Below the pieces are notes generated by a model. The model was not told the DNA's origin and searched no databases. It saw nothing but the letters and a program-made list of their open reading frames with translations. Below, piece after piece: positions 11,873 to 24,510 of a stretch of DNA of 64,000 nucleotides. Both the position numbers and the translations under genes were made by a program. Positions within the stretch are counted from its first letter, which is position 1. Every line of letters starts with the position of its first letter. The stretch comes from Amphiscolops sp. MND2022. Taxonomy: Eukaryota. The stretch lies in assembly GCA_964187785.1 (NCBI GenBank), contig OZ076409.1, positions 49,106,001-49,170,000 of the forward strand, read 5' to 3'.

Positions 11873-14835
11873 CGAGAGAGAGAGAAAAAACACTCTTTCA
11901 TTGTATAGGGATAGCTGGTGTCAGTATACAATAAGTGTAGATTGATTTATGCTGAAGCATAAATGATTTTTTCAAGTTTTACAGGGCGATAAATCAGGTG
12001 AAGCGGAAATCACGCCAAGTATGAGATGTATGGATAGGCATACGACTACTTTCAAAAGTTAGATGCTTTCTGAGACGACTTTTGATTGTGTGTAGACTTA
12101 TACTAGTGTCTCTCAAGTACAACGGTAGTGAGTTCCACTTCGAAGAAGAGTGATGAAAGAAAGAACTGAAGAGAGATACATGACTTCCCACGTATATTAT
12201 CTGATTAGTGCGATTGTTCCACCTAAAAATCGCCGTAGGTAATTTTAAAGTGCTCTGGAAGGCTTTTTTTAGTATTTTTGAGATATTGGAACAGAAATAC
12301 TAGAGATTTCAACTCGATAAGTTGCTTTATTCCAGTTATTTTCTTTTTTTTCTCTCAGATCACTCGACGATTTAAAGCTCGAACGGAAGTAGACAGATTT
12401 TAATGCCCAGTTCATCTGTTTCTCAAGGGAAAGTAGTAAAGGAGGGGATATTTGAGTGAAAAAAATCGCAGAGTATTCGAAATGACTGATTATTAGCGCG
12501 TGGAAAAGCATGACTAAGACTGTGGTCGGAAATTTGTGTTGTATAGATTCAATAGTTTTCATTCCAACTGCCATGTTTTTCAAAATCTTTTTTACTTGGG
12601 TTTGGAAAGTCAAGTGTTCATCTAACGTTATTCCAAGAGATTTACATTCACATTTCTTTTTGCTTTTTGACAACTGAAGAGCACACGACAACTGTTTCGG
12701 AGTCTAGCTGTCTCTTGTCATATTTTCGAGAAAAAGTTATGAATTCTGTTTTACTGCCATTCAAATGTAGTCGATGGGACTTAAAGTAACTTTCAAGTTT
12801 CAAAATATTTGTTTGCAAACATTGCAAAGCAATGTCAGGCTCCTAGTGACTACAAAAAAGCAAGCAATCATCGGCGTACTGGATAATGCAAGCATCCTCC
12901 GTTATCTGTCCAGTCAGGTCATTGACATATAGGTTGAAGAGCAGTGGTCCTAAAATAGTGCCCTGGGGAACGCCTTGTTTCAGTTCTATCCAATCCGATT
13001 TGACACCGTTCAATGAAACCTGCTGCAGTCTATCACTGAGGAAACATTATATAAAGTTGATGGCCGAAGATGAGAAAAAAAGAGACTTGAGTTTAGACAA
13101 AAGGATTTCATGTGAAAGTGGGTCAAAAGCTTTTGATAAATCCAGCAAGACTGCATGAACTTTTTTCCATCATGAATTTCCTGTTGAACCGATTCGGTGA
13201 AAAACAAAACAGCATCTTCTACTGATACTTTTTTCCTAAAACCAATTTGGAGTGGAGCGAGGAGATTTTTTTTTTCAATGTAAGCTGTAATTTGCCTATG
13301 AATACATTTTTCGAGGATTTTGGAGAACGTTGTTGTAATCGAAATGGGACGATAATTTTTGGGCTCTAGAATGCCATCTTTTTTGAAAATGGGGGTTATA
13401 GTCGCTCTCTTTAACATCGTAGGAAAGACACTTTCATTATTGCACTCATTCAATATGAATGTTAAGTGAGAAGTCAAAATTTGCTTTCCATCATTTATAG
13501 CCCAAGCGGGCACCTTACAAGGACCGGTAGGTTTGTTCGGTTTCAACTCATTGATGATATCGTAACAATCTTTCACTGTGATTGGACTAAAAGAGAACGA
13601 AGAATCACCGGGTAGGGAGGATGGAACTTCATCATTGATATTACCAAATTATTGACCAAGGTTCGAAAATATCAGGTTGAAATGATCGGCCATTTCCTTG
13701 TCATCAGCTATCATTTTACCGAAAGAATTTCTCACTGCTGCAAGATTGACCGACATTTTATTTTGCCCTCGGGCGGAATTTATGAAATTCTATCTTTCCT
13801 TAGCGGTGCACAGAGAGGAAAAACAGCTCCAGGCAAATTTCTCTTGCTTTTCTTTCAGTACCTTAGAAAGTTGATTTCTAAGTTTTGAGTACGTAGACCA
13901 GGTTTGAGCAGAGGTATTTTTACAGTATTCGTAGTAAGCTGCTTGGCGTGCCTGGGTTAAGGTTTTGCACTCGCAGTCATACCAGGATTCTTTGAAAAGT
14001 TTAGGGGTCCTTTTTTGGAGAAATATTTTTTTGACGGGTGCATGCTTTTCCACAACACTAGCTAACATATAGACAAACAGATTGAACATATCAGTAGCAT
14101 TCGAACAGTTATAGATTATAAACCAAGGGATATTCGATAGTGACAGACAGAAAGCGGCTTTTTGGTAAGTACTCAAATCGAACTTTTGCAAGATTGTGCA
14201 CTTCTGTTTTTCAGCGAAAACGTTTGTGAAAACTACTGAGCCAAATTGATCTGTTTTAAAAGGACGAGTGAACACAAAGCAATTACCGTCTAAGATGTTG
14301 TCAGCTATTATATAGTCAATGTGTGTGTTTGTAGTTTTACAGACACGCGTAGGTAAATTTGGGCTAGCTACGGAGAACCCATATGGTAATATGACAGTTT
14401 CTAGGTTTTCCCGTTCAAGTGGGGTGAGGTAGTCTAAATTGTAATCGCCCATCATTGTGATGTTTGCAGTTTGCACGTGGAGTTGTCTATATTTGTTTCT
14501 AATTGTTCAAGAAAATCATTTTGAAATTGTTTCATAGGATTATAAGTTACGTTAATCAACATGGTTTTCTTGCAATTTTTTGAGAAATCATTCCTACATT
14601 CTACTCATATGGAGTCGAACTTAGCTTTATCAAAAAGGTTGAGATCTTTTCGTTCCCTCGGAGCAAGTTTCAAAGGTACAAGGAGCATTACACCACCACC
14701 CTTTGTTTCGAATTTGCAGAACTTCGGTCACATCTGAAAAGCTCGTGGGTGTTCGAAGCTACATTCCAAAAAACCATGTCATCACTAGGAGTTAACTAAC
14801 TTTCTGAGATAAGGTAAATTATTAAGGCCGGAATC
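11873..14835 (-). mobile_element. Decayed APE-RT LINE (L2/CR1-group-like ORF2)
   Basis: EN motifs MMGDYNLD and TNTHIDYII; RT motifs KNYRPISIT, GVPQGTILGPLLF (~12940-12980) and YADD (~12870); many frameshifts; (TC)n-like end near 11873-11886. Confidence 0.8.
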
Positions 14836-16770
14836 AGAATGGCAGTAGGCGACGACAAGATTGCAGATTTCACTATCAACAACTACGCACCCCTCAAGCT
14901 GAAACATCCACAAAGGGAAACTTGCTCTGTTCCGGATCCCAAAGATATCGATGGTTTTTCAACCTCGGAGATTTTTGTCCACAAGGCTCTCATGTCCTTC
15001 CCCGATAGCTCTAGTGCAGGGTTGGATGGGATTTTGCCCCAAGTTTTGAAAACATTGACTGTCAAGTCGAACGGGCAAACTGTAGTGAATTTTCTCACAT
15101 CCTTAACAAATCTTGTGAGTGTCATTCTCGAAGGAAAAGTACCTTTCGAACTTCGGCTGTACTTCTTTGGTGCGAAACTAATTGCGCTGAAAAAGGCTGA
15201 TGGAGGACTTCGTCCTATCGCTGTATGCAATACCTTCTGCCGGTTATCCGCAAAATGTGTCGGATACCATGTCTTCGAATCACGTCAGGCAAGATATGGA
15301 AGTCGACAAGTAGGTGTAGGTTCAAAAAAGGGCGCTGAATTGGCCTCACATGTTTTCCGTTGTTTGATAGAAAGCCCCCAGCCCAAAGAAAATGTAATTT
15401 TGAAAATTGACTTTGAAAACGCTTTCAATTCAATAAACCGACAATTCATGCTAGAAAAAACATTTGAAACACACCCTGAAGTTTATAAGTACTCACACTC
15501 GGCGTACAGTCAACCAAGTTATCTTTTTTACAGTGATTCAGTTATAAAATTTCGTGAAGGGACCCAGCAAGAAAACACTGAGTCTCCAACTTTGTTTTCG
15601 GATTCCATTGAGTATCTGATTGACAGTTTGGAGTCGAAAATAAACTTATGGTACCTTGACGATGGAAATATAAGTGATGATTACAGAACCGTTTCGAAAG
15701 AACTCAAGAAATTAGTTGAAGCGGAAAAAACGCTGGGACTCAAAACTAAACACACTAAATGCGAAATGTTTTCCTTGGGGACAACACTGAAAATGTCGAT
15801 CGACAATTTCAACATCTTTCCAAAAATTTTGCCCCGGGATCAAAACACAAAGAAAGATGAACTTATCATTTTTGGTTCACAGCTCGGCCCGAAGTCACAA
15901 GCAGACTTATTGGAAAAGAAAATCAAAGAACTGGAAAATGTTAAAGGAATTGTTGCTAAATGCGCACTATGGTTTTTTATGTTGAAAAATTGGTTCAGTC
16001 TGCCAAAGTTGTTGTACTTCCTGAGAACCAGTACGTGTTTTAATCGTCCAGCTCTCTTGGAAAAGTATGACAAAACCGTACGCGATGGGCTTTCCGAAGT
16101 GTGTAATGTGAACTTCGACGATATTTCGAGTACTCAGCTGGCTCTGCCCGCTGAAATGGGTGGTCTTGGGGTGTCATCCGCATCATTAGTAGCACTTCCC
16201 GCCTTTTTGGCCTTAGCTTTGTGTGCGAGTGACTTTCTCACGACGATTTTCTCGGAAACATTCGAAGATGTTTCATTTACAAAAGCGCTTGAGAAATGGT
16301 TGAGTTTGACGAATGAACAGGAAAGTCCCCTCGATGGAAGACAGAAAAATTGGACACAAACTGTCTTCGTCAAAGATTTAATTTCTAGAATGGATGACAA
16401 ACGTTCGGAAGTTTTCAATGCTCATCAAGGTAAATTCGGGTCTCAATGGCTGAACGTCGTTCCTTGAAAGAACCTAGGCCTGAAACTTGATGATCAGCAA
16501 CTTCTGATTTCAATTGGTTTACGTCTCGGAGCCAACATTTGTGTTGCGCATACGTGCCATTGTGGTAAAAGAGTTGAACGGGACGGTTTACACAGTCTTT
16601 CTTGCACCGAGCGTGCTGGTCGCTTCTCACGTCATGCTACTCTCAATTCTCTCATAAAGCAGACGTTGGGATCTCTCGACTTGCCTTCAATGCTCGAAGC
16701 GCGCGGACTGTACCGAAACGATGGCAAACGCCCAGACGGTGTTACCATGATTCCTTGGGAAATGGGTAAA

Positions 16771-17151
16771 GCCTTTACAACAAACAACCGAGCCATACAA
16801 CAAATACGATAAAATTCGACCGCTTTCCATTCGATCCCTGCAATTCGATCGAAAGGTTCGATCGAATTGCAGGGATCGAATGGAAAGCGGTCGAATTTTA
16901 TCGTATTTGTTGTATGGCTCGGTCGCTTCGCTCCCTTCGCCAAGTAGCAACATTGAGGCATGGCCATATGGCACGTCGCTCCGCTTCGCTTCGCTCCTGC
17001 ATTCAGAGCACTAGGGGTATGTGAACATATCTGACTACGTTATAAAAATTTCGATCTAAGTTGTTTCGATCCCATTCAAAAATTTGGTATGTCGACCTGA
17101 GGACTAACTCTGATTTTCGATCCCGTTCCTTCGACCTATTTCCGCCCACCC
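16771..17151 (+). mobile_element. Rearranged core-A element with TTCGA(C/T)C arms, containing a perfect palindrome
   Basis: Core at 16908-17042. The right end TTCGACCTATTTCCGCCCACCC matches 24608-24629. Confidence 0.65.
16787..16923. repeat. Perfect inverted repeat, 67-bp arms, 3-nt loop (AGG)
   Basis: 16787-16853 is the exact reverse complement of 16857-16923. Confidence 0.95.
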
Positions 17152-17355
17152 GAATTAAAGTTTTCCGACCACCCGGCAGGTTGTCACAGTTGTGGATGCT
17201 CTTGCACCCAGTCGCCCGAATCAAGGCTCTTTATCTAACCCGGAAACCACCGCCACCGAGGCTGAAGCGCGTAAAATTGAGAAGTATCGCGAATTAATAG
17301 ACAACGGATACATTGATACATTTTTCAACCGGTGGCCTTAGAAGTACAGGGTTCT

Positions 17356-17405
<50 letters not shown>

Positions 17406-18964
17406 GATGTGGATTTACAGCTTTCGCTGATGGGATTGCTCCCAAATTCTTTCTAACCTCTTCGTCCCCTGTTTCTACCTTGTCCACAGTCGCACACCCT
17501 TAACCATGTACAAGAGTTGTCTTCGTCGAACTGGTTATTGTAGTGTCTCCACAAATCGCAGAGAAGTCTGTCTTTGAGACCCATTCCTTTGCCAATGTCA
17601 AAGCAACTATTAACCTTGTTCACGATCTGACAATTTCTAAAGAAAAATTCGCTGCGGCTTCTCTCAGTCCGGGGGATTTTCATTTGATAGTTCATGGGTC
17701 TGCGTGCGCTGCAAGTCATTTTGGAATGTAAGTTAAAAATGTTCGCCAGGTTTCCTCTAGTAAGCGATGAAAAAAGTAGGAGATCGTTCATCTGCACAAA
17801 CATTGGTAGCGGCAAAATGTTCAGTAGCCTCAAACTGTTAGCATAGCAAGTCTGTTTGTTGCCCATTATCCATTTCACAGCTTTCCTCTGGAGCCTCTCT
17901 AAAGCGTTCATGATGGCTTTTGATTGTTTGGCACAAAAAAGTCTATAAGGGACGGTCGGAAGCACCAGCGATTTGTACAGGTTCAGCTTAGTGTTAGATT
18001 TAACATTGTACGCAATGTTCCGCCTGAGGGAGAACAAAACATTATAGGCTTTTTTCAACCTACTGCTAACATGTGCTGACCAGTTGAGATCTTTTTTTTA
18101 CAAAGATGCCAAGGTCTTTAACTTCTTCTGTGTCCTCAAAGTTGATGTTTCCGACTTTATATTGACAATTTGTACCTCTGAACTCAAGTTTGTAGCATTT
18201 GTCCGGAGCCAAGCTCATTCCATTGGTGTCAACCCAGTTCGAAATGGCTTCTAAGTCGGATTTTATTTGCGCTTGTGTCTTCGCGACAGCTAATATTTTT
18301 AGATCATCTGCAAATATGTAGGAATCACTAAAATTCAGTGCTTCGGGGAGGTCGTTTATGAAAATACAGAACAAGAAGGGACCCACGAGAGATCCTTGGG
18401 GCACTCCATTTGTAATTTCTAATTGCTGAGATATAGTGTTCCCAACTCAAACGTACTGGGTTCGTCGTTCCAAGTAGTCACAAAGAATATCGAGAAAGCA
18501 GCCTCCAACGCCAATTGCACTCACTTTCTTCAGCAGCTCATAATGCGGTACTCGGTCAAATGCTTTCGCAAAGTCGGTGTAAAAAGCGACCACTGTATCA
18601 CTAGAATTTTTATCCAAGGCTTCATGTATGTCTTTCAAGAATTTCAGCAAGTTTGATTGAACTGATCTTCCACGGACAAATCCGTGCTGGTTTCTGGAGA
18701 GAAAGAAAGAGAAATGAAGAAAGAGAGGATCATACAAGCACTTTTTGAAAATTTTGCTGTCAATATTCAGAAGCGACACTGGTCTGTAGTTCTTTACTAA
18801 TTGTTTATCGCCCTTCTTGTAGACAGGCACGATAGTAGCATCTTTCCAACATCTAGGAAGTGTTCGTAGCCTTTTAACATTCTTGAATAGTTTGTTCAGG
18901 GTAGTACTCATTTCAACAGCTGTTTTTTGGAAAAGTACTGGGGGAAATTTGTTAGGGCCTCTTT
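17356..18964 (-). mobile_element. 5'-truncated LINE (CR1/L2-group-like RT) with a (CAA)17 tail
   Basis: KNYRPVSLL, DFAKAFDRV, PQGSLVGPFLF and IFADDLK in ORFs 18447-18911 and 18066-18404. (TTG)17 on + at 17356-17406. TCTTT is shared at both junctions (17353-17357, 18960-18964). Confidence 0.85.
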
Positions 18965-19198
18965 AGGCGAGAGCAGTGAAATTTTCATCACGCGTCTCTG
19001 TAAAATGCTCTGTCGTTCGCACGACGATCAACGAGCTGGCAGCTTTTTGAAGCAGCGGATTTCAATGGCTCTTCAGATCGGCGGGTGGCTGTAAAAAGGT
19101 CGAACTTTTCTGGTCAAAAGGACAGAGGTCGAACCTTTCGATCAAATTGCAGGGATCGAATGGAATGCGGTCGAAGTTTATCGTATTTGTTGTATGGC

Positions 19199-19690
19199 GC
19201 AGTGTACGCCTTTGATCTAATTCATTAGGTCTAATGGAATTAGATCTAACTTTTAGATCTAATTGAGGTCTAATTTTGGGTCTAACTTTCAGATCTAATT
19301 TTATCTAAAATACTTAGTCTAACCCCTTTATGATCTAATATGTGATCTGAAAGCAAAAATATAATGTGGGGCATGTGCGATGTATGCACGCTCGCCCTCA
19401 CCGTCGCGAAGATCAGCTCCCAATACGATCGCTCCGCGATCTCCGTTCCCGCTAGGTTTTTGCTCCTGTTTGACCTCGCTTAGCAAGATGGGAAGATAGG
19501 CGGCCCCAAGGGGCCGCGGGGCACTAGAGGAAATGGGGACATATCCGAGGCACGTTTCATACTTTATATCACTTGTTAGTTTCAGATCCTCCTTGACTTA
19601 TTGTTTTTCATAAATTAGATCAAATTAAAAGATATTTTTGGACCTGAGTATTTAGATCAATTTATTTAGATCTCAGTTTTGCCCCCTCTC
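19199..19690 (+). mobile_element. Core-B element with (A/G)G(A/G)TCTAA arm arrays
   Basis: Core at 19380-19557; GATCTAA/GGTCTAA repeats on the left and TTAGATC repeats on the right; ends in CCCCC just before the gap. Confidence 0.65.
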
Positions 19691-19890
19691 NNNNNNNNNN
19701 NNNNNNNNNNNNNNNNNNNNNNNNNNNNNNNNNNNNNNNNNNNNNNNNNNNNNNNNNNNNNNNNNNNNNNNNNNNNNNNNNNNNNNNNNNNNNNNNNNNN
19801 NNNNNNNNNNNNNNNNNNNNNNNNNNNNNNNNNNNNNNNNNNNNNNNNNNNNNNNNNNNNNNNNNNNNNNNNNNNNNNNNNNNNNNNNNN
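19691..19890. other. Assembly gap (200 N)
   Basis: Run of N characters. Confidence 1.
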
Positions 19891-22637
19891 AAGTTGAAGG
19901 TCTGTTAGTCATAGCCTCAAAAATTATGAACCTTTAGTAGTCGAGTACTCTCTTGAAAGTGTCGCTTCCTTTCTGTGCTTCTTTCGAAACGTCCAGAATC
20001 TATGATGAAATTTTTCAGGTTCGTGGTCCAGGTAAGTGAATAGATGTTTCCTGCGGCAAAATCGGGCGCACGAAACTGCTCGTACAGGGGGCAGAAGAAT
20101 AAGTAGTGCGTGACTGATTCTGCCTCTACTCGACAAGGGCAGAGCGGTGTCTCCGCTCGCCAAATTATTTACGCATACTCTGCCAGTTCCTCGTTGCAAT
20201 TCAAAAGGAGCTTGTTGATAGTTCTTTCTAGGTGTCTGCTTGTCGTTTTTGGATAGGCAATCCCTTCCAATTCAATTTGAGTGATTGACCAATCCAGTGG
20301 GGTAGTCGTGAGCGCGTTCTTGAATATTCTGTTCCATCTACTTCTCAGGTACTCATTGCAAGTTGACACCATGTAACAATTTATTGCTCCTGTGACTTTA
20401 TAAAAATCGTCAATGAGGTTTTTATTGCTTCTTATTTCCGGCAATTGACATTTCCGGTACAGTTTCCACAATATGTCCTGCTGTTGAGAGAGCTTGATTC
20501 CAAATTTAATAGTGATTATGTCAATTTGTAATTGCATAGGCGGGAGACCGCACAGTATTTCTGCTGCCAACTGGTCGAATTTCGTACTTGTACCTATGAT
20601 AAGTTTGAGCGCGGTGTATTGAAAACGGCTGAGTGCTTGAACGTGTTTCCTGGCGCACACAGGGGCCGCGTACAGAAGTCGGGGGAGCACTAGAGTTTTC
20701 TAAAGCTTTATGAGCGTTGCTTGCCTTAGACCCCAATTAGAGCCGCAAAACTTTTTAAATATGTTCAGCTGTTTAGCAACTTTCCCTTCTACCTGCTGTA
20801 GATGTTCGTTGAAATTCAGTTTGTCGTCCACAATCAATCCCAGGATTTTTGTGCTTCTGGTGACCTTACATGCCTCGCCGAAAAACGTCGGAGCGTGCGG
20901 GTACTCAGAGTTGAGGTAGATTATTGACGTCTTGTCACCATTTACTGCGAGCCTCCAATTTTTACACCACCGTTCCAGTTGTTTTAGAATAACTTGACAG
21001 TTTAGGTAGACTTGGGTTTCAGTGTATCCTGTCACTAGGAGGTTTCCATCGTCAGCGAATTTGAACTTCTTACAGTTGAGGTTTTTGAACATGTCGGAAA
21101 CGAAAAAAATGAACAGAATTGGTGAAAACACACTACCTTGTCGAAGTCCATCTTTGACTCTAAAGTATTGGCTTCTCAGATTACCGATTTCTATGCTGAG
21201 TTGTCGGCTTTTCAAAATTTTTCCAATCAGTTTAATGAATTTACCTCTAACTCCCGATTGATAGAGTTTTTGGAGCAGTCCATTGATCCATACGGAATCG
21301 AAGGCCTTCTCAAAGTCGATGGATATCAAGGCGCCACTTTTCCTGCTCTTTTTCACTTCTTGACATTCCATTTTCAACCTATACAACGACCTTACTGTGC
21401 TCTTGTGAGACTGGAAGCCTTCCTGCTCTTCATCTAACAGGTTGAATTTTTTGAAGAAGCTTCTCAACCTGGCATCCAATAATCTTTCCACAATTTTTCC
21501 GATATAGCTGGAGATTGTTATCGGCCGATATGCTGACGGTGTCGTGTAGTCTGTTTTACCTTGCTTCCTCAGAAATATCACTTTTGAATGGTTCCACGGC
21601 CAGTGATTTTCATTCAGTGTTTTGTTTGCAATGTGAAGAAGGACTTCTTTATATCGGAGTCCTGCGTACTTGATCATTTTGGGATGGATGTTGTCGTTAT
21701 CGAGAGACTTTCCCGATGTTTTCAAAAAACGCAGAATGTAGTCCAGTTCTTCGGAGGTAAAGTCGCTGTTAAACCACCTATCACTTTCTAATTCGGGTCT
21801 TTCGGAATGTAGGGATTGTTGAAAAGTATTCTCTACGTGTAGCTTGAACTCTTCGTTGAAGCTGAGTTTCTCCAAATGCTTTCCAGTGAAAAAAGTTTCA
21901 CGAAATATATCTGCTTTGTCTTTTTCAGCAAAGTGGAATTTGTTCCCTTTCAACAACGGGGAAACTCCAGCATCTTCTTTGTCCGTCAAAAGCTTATTGA
22001 CGCGCTTCCAAAATTCTTTTGAGTGACTATCGTTAACGTCATCGATGGAGCTTTTGAAGTGTTCGTTTGCTTTATCCTTTACCAGATTTTGAAAGGATTG
22101 TTGAAGCTCTCTCAAAAGCTTGAGGTTTTGCGCCGAGCTACGGTATCGGTAATTTTTCCGTGCCTTACGGAGCTCTCGGCTTTTCGAACTTAGTTCTTCG
22201 CACCAATACGGTTTCGAGAAGCAACAGACCTTCTTCACTGGAATATGTTGTTCTGAAGCAGTTTGAAGCGCTTCTTTCAGTAGCAACCATGAGGAATTGC
22301 CGTCCATTGTCTTGAAATCTATCCTTTCTGTTAGAAGGCTTTCTACACACTCGTAAAATCCTTCCCAATTGGCGTTCTTTAGATCTTTTTTAAGTTTGAC
22401 TTCTTTTGTGTCTTCTCCTTTCATGTTCAGCCATACGGAAAGGTGTCCCCTCGTCGGAGCACCAGTGAATAATTCTGTCTCGTGGTCTACCATTATGAAG
22501 TTTGTGATTTCAGTTATTCTCTCTGACGTGATAAAAAGGTCGATAACACTGCTCCCGTTGGTTGACACAAAAGTGGGTTGTCCGTCGTTGATGACATTTA
22601 GCACTCTGGAGGAGTCGTGTAGTGCGTTCACTAGAGT

Positions 22638-23608
22638 GGGGAAACGGAAATCGGACTAAAGAAATTGAACTAATGGAATTAGGACTAACATGCTCAAAAT
22701 TTCTGAAACGTTCATGTGAAATAGAACTAATTTCGTATTTTCTCAAACAGGAATTAGAACTAATTTGTTACTGGAATTGGAACTAAAAACAGGAATTAGA
22801 ACTAATTTGTTACAGGATTTGGAACTTAAAAAAGTAGGAATAAGACCTAAAATGCGGAATGAGACCCAAGGGGAGAACGGAATAGTATCTAAAGGAATAA
22901 TATCTAAAGTTTTTCAAAGTATAAAACGTGCCTTTGATATTTCCCCATTTCCTCTAGCGCCCCGCGGCCCCTTGGGGCCGCTTATGTTCTCGTCTTGCTA
23001 AGCGAGGTCGAACAGGAGCAAAGACCTAGCGGGAACGGAGATCGCGGTGCGATCGTAGTGGGAGCTGGTCTTTGCGACGGTGAGGGCGAGCGTGCATACA
23101 CCGAAAATGCCCAACATTGAAAGGGGAAAGTACTGAAAATTTTGTGAGACATTTACGAAAGGTAAAATTTTATTCGTGAATGAAATGATTTGAGATCTGA
23201 CACTTTTATAAAATCAATAGAAGGAAGAAAATAATGATTGTTTTAATTTTATGTTGATCAATTGTATTACGTTATTTTTGTACTACTTTCAATGAGGTAT
23301 AAGTCATTTCCTACTTTCATGTTCCACGTTTCCAATTTGAATTTTGTACCATGTTTTTATCCGCTTCTGCGTTTTTTTGTTGTACCACTTTTATGTTGGA
23401 TGTTTACAATTGAACATATCGTGATTTTGTCAATTTGATCTACGTAATTGCAATTTTTCCGTGCCAAAAGTTGTTTTAGTCCTATTTCAATTAGTCCTAT
23501 TTCCATTAGTTCTAAGGCGGCACTAAAAAAGAATTAGTCCTATTTCCATTAGTCCTATTTCAGTTTTGATTATTAGTCCTATTTCATTAGTCCGAATTCC
23601 TGTCTCCC
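22638..23608 (-). mobile_element. Core-B element, 971 bp, GGACTAA/GAACTAA arm arrays, perfect 9-bp TSD
   Basis: TSD CACTAGAGT (22629-22637, 23609-23617). Imperfect TIR GGGGAAACGGAAATCGGACTAA versus GGGAGACAGGAATTCGGACTAA. Core at 22925-23100. Confidence 0.9.
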
Positions 23609-23964
23609 CACTAGAGTTCTGCCGTGCTCATTCGTTGATCTATCTCCCCACATTGGGTGTCTAGCATTAATGTCACCCGCTAGCAGAAGTTCGAGGTTGT
23701 GTCTAGTGGAAAAGGCCGCCGCTTCCTCGAGTTGATTGATCAAAGTTTGTAGTTTCGGTGAGCTGGTTGGTGGCATGTAGACGGCTCCCAGTGAAATTGG
23801 TATTCTGTTGATAGTGACAATGGTCCAGACAAAGTCAATCGGGGCGTTGAAGATTTTCGGTACGTGTGTGATATCTTTCCTGACTAAAATAGAAACTCCT
23901 CCCTGACCGTTCGTCCCACAGTAGCTAATGGCAGAATAATTATTGATTTCATGTGCTGCTAGTT

Positions 23965-24510
23965 GTGGGCACAAACTACGATCTAAGGAATAAGATCGAA
24001 ACGCACTTCTGTAACTAAGATCTAAAGAACTAAGATCTAAATGTCATTTTTCGTAACTAAGATCTAGAGAATGCCAGCTCCCGAATCGTACCGAAAGTCT
24101 AAATTTCAGACGTTATTCCCGTTTTAATTTCCGTTATTCCCATTTTTTAGATGTTACGGTAAAGTATAAAATGCTTTAAAGTATAAAACGTGCCTCAGAT
24201 ATGTCCCAATTTCCTCTAGTGCCCTGCGGCCCCTTGGGGCCGCTTATGTTCCCATCTTGCTAAGCGAGGTCGAACAGGAGCAAAGACCTAGCGGGAACGG
24301 AGATCGCGAAGCGATCGTAGTGGGAGCTGGTCTTTGCGACGGTGAGGGCGAGCGTGCATACACCGTATATGACCCCACATTATTCCTTAGACGTTATTTT
24401 AATTCAATTTAGACCTTAGTTACGGTGCATGCTTTTTAGATCTTAGTTCTTTAGATCTTAGTTACGAAATTTCTTTAGATCTTATTCCTTAGACCTTAGT
24501 TGCGGTCCCC
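23965..24510 (-). mobile_element. Core-B element, 546 bp, AACTAAGATCTA arm arrays, perfect 9-bp TSD
   Basis: TSD CTGCTAGTT (23956-23964, 24511-24519). 33-bp imperfect TIR ending TCTAAGGAATAAGATC. Core at 24184-24365. Confidence 0.9.

Noticed and set aside
19673..19912. ORFs 19673-19912 and 19679-19897
   Set aside because: They are artefacts of the N run.
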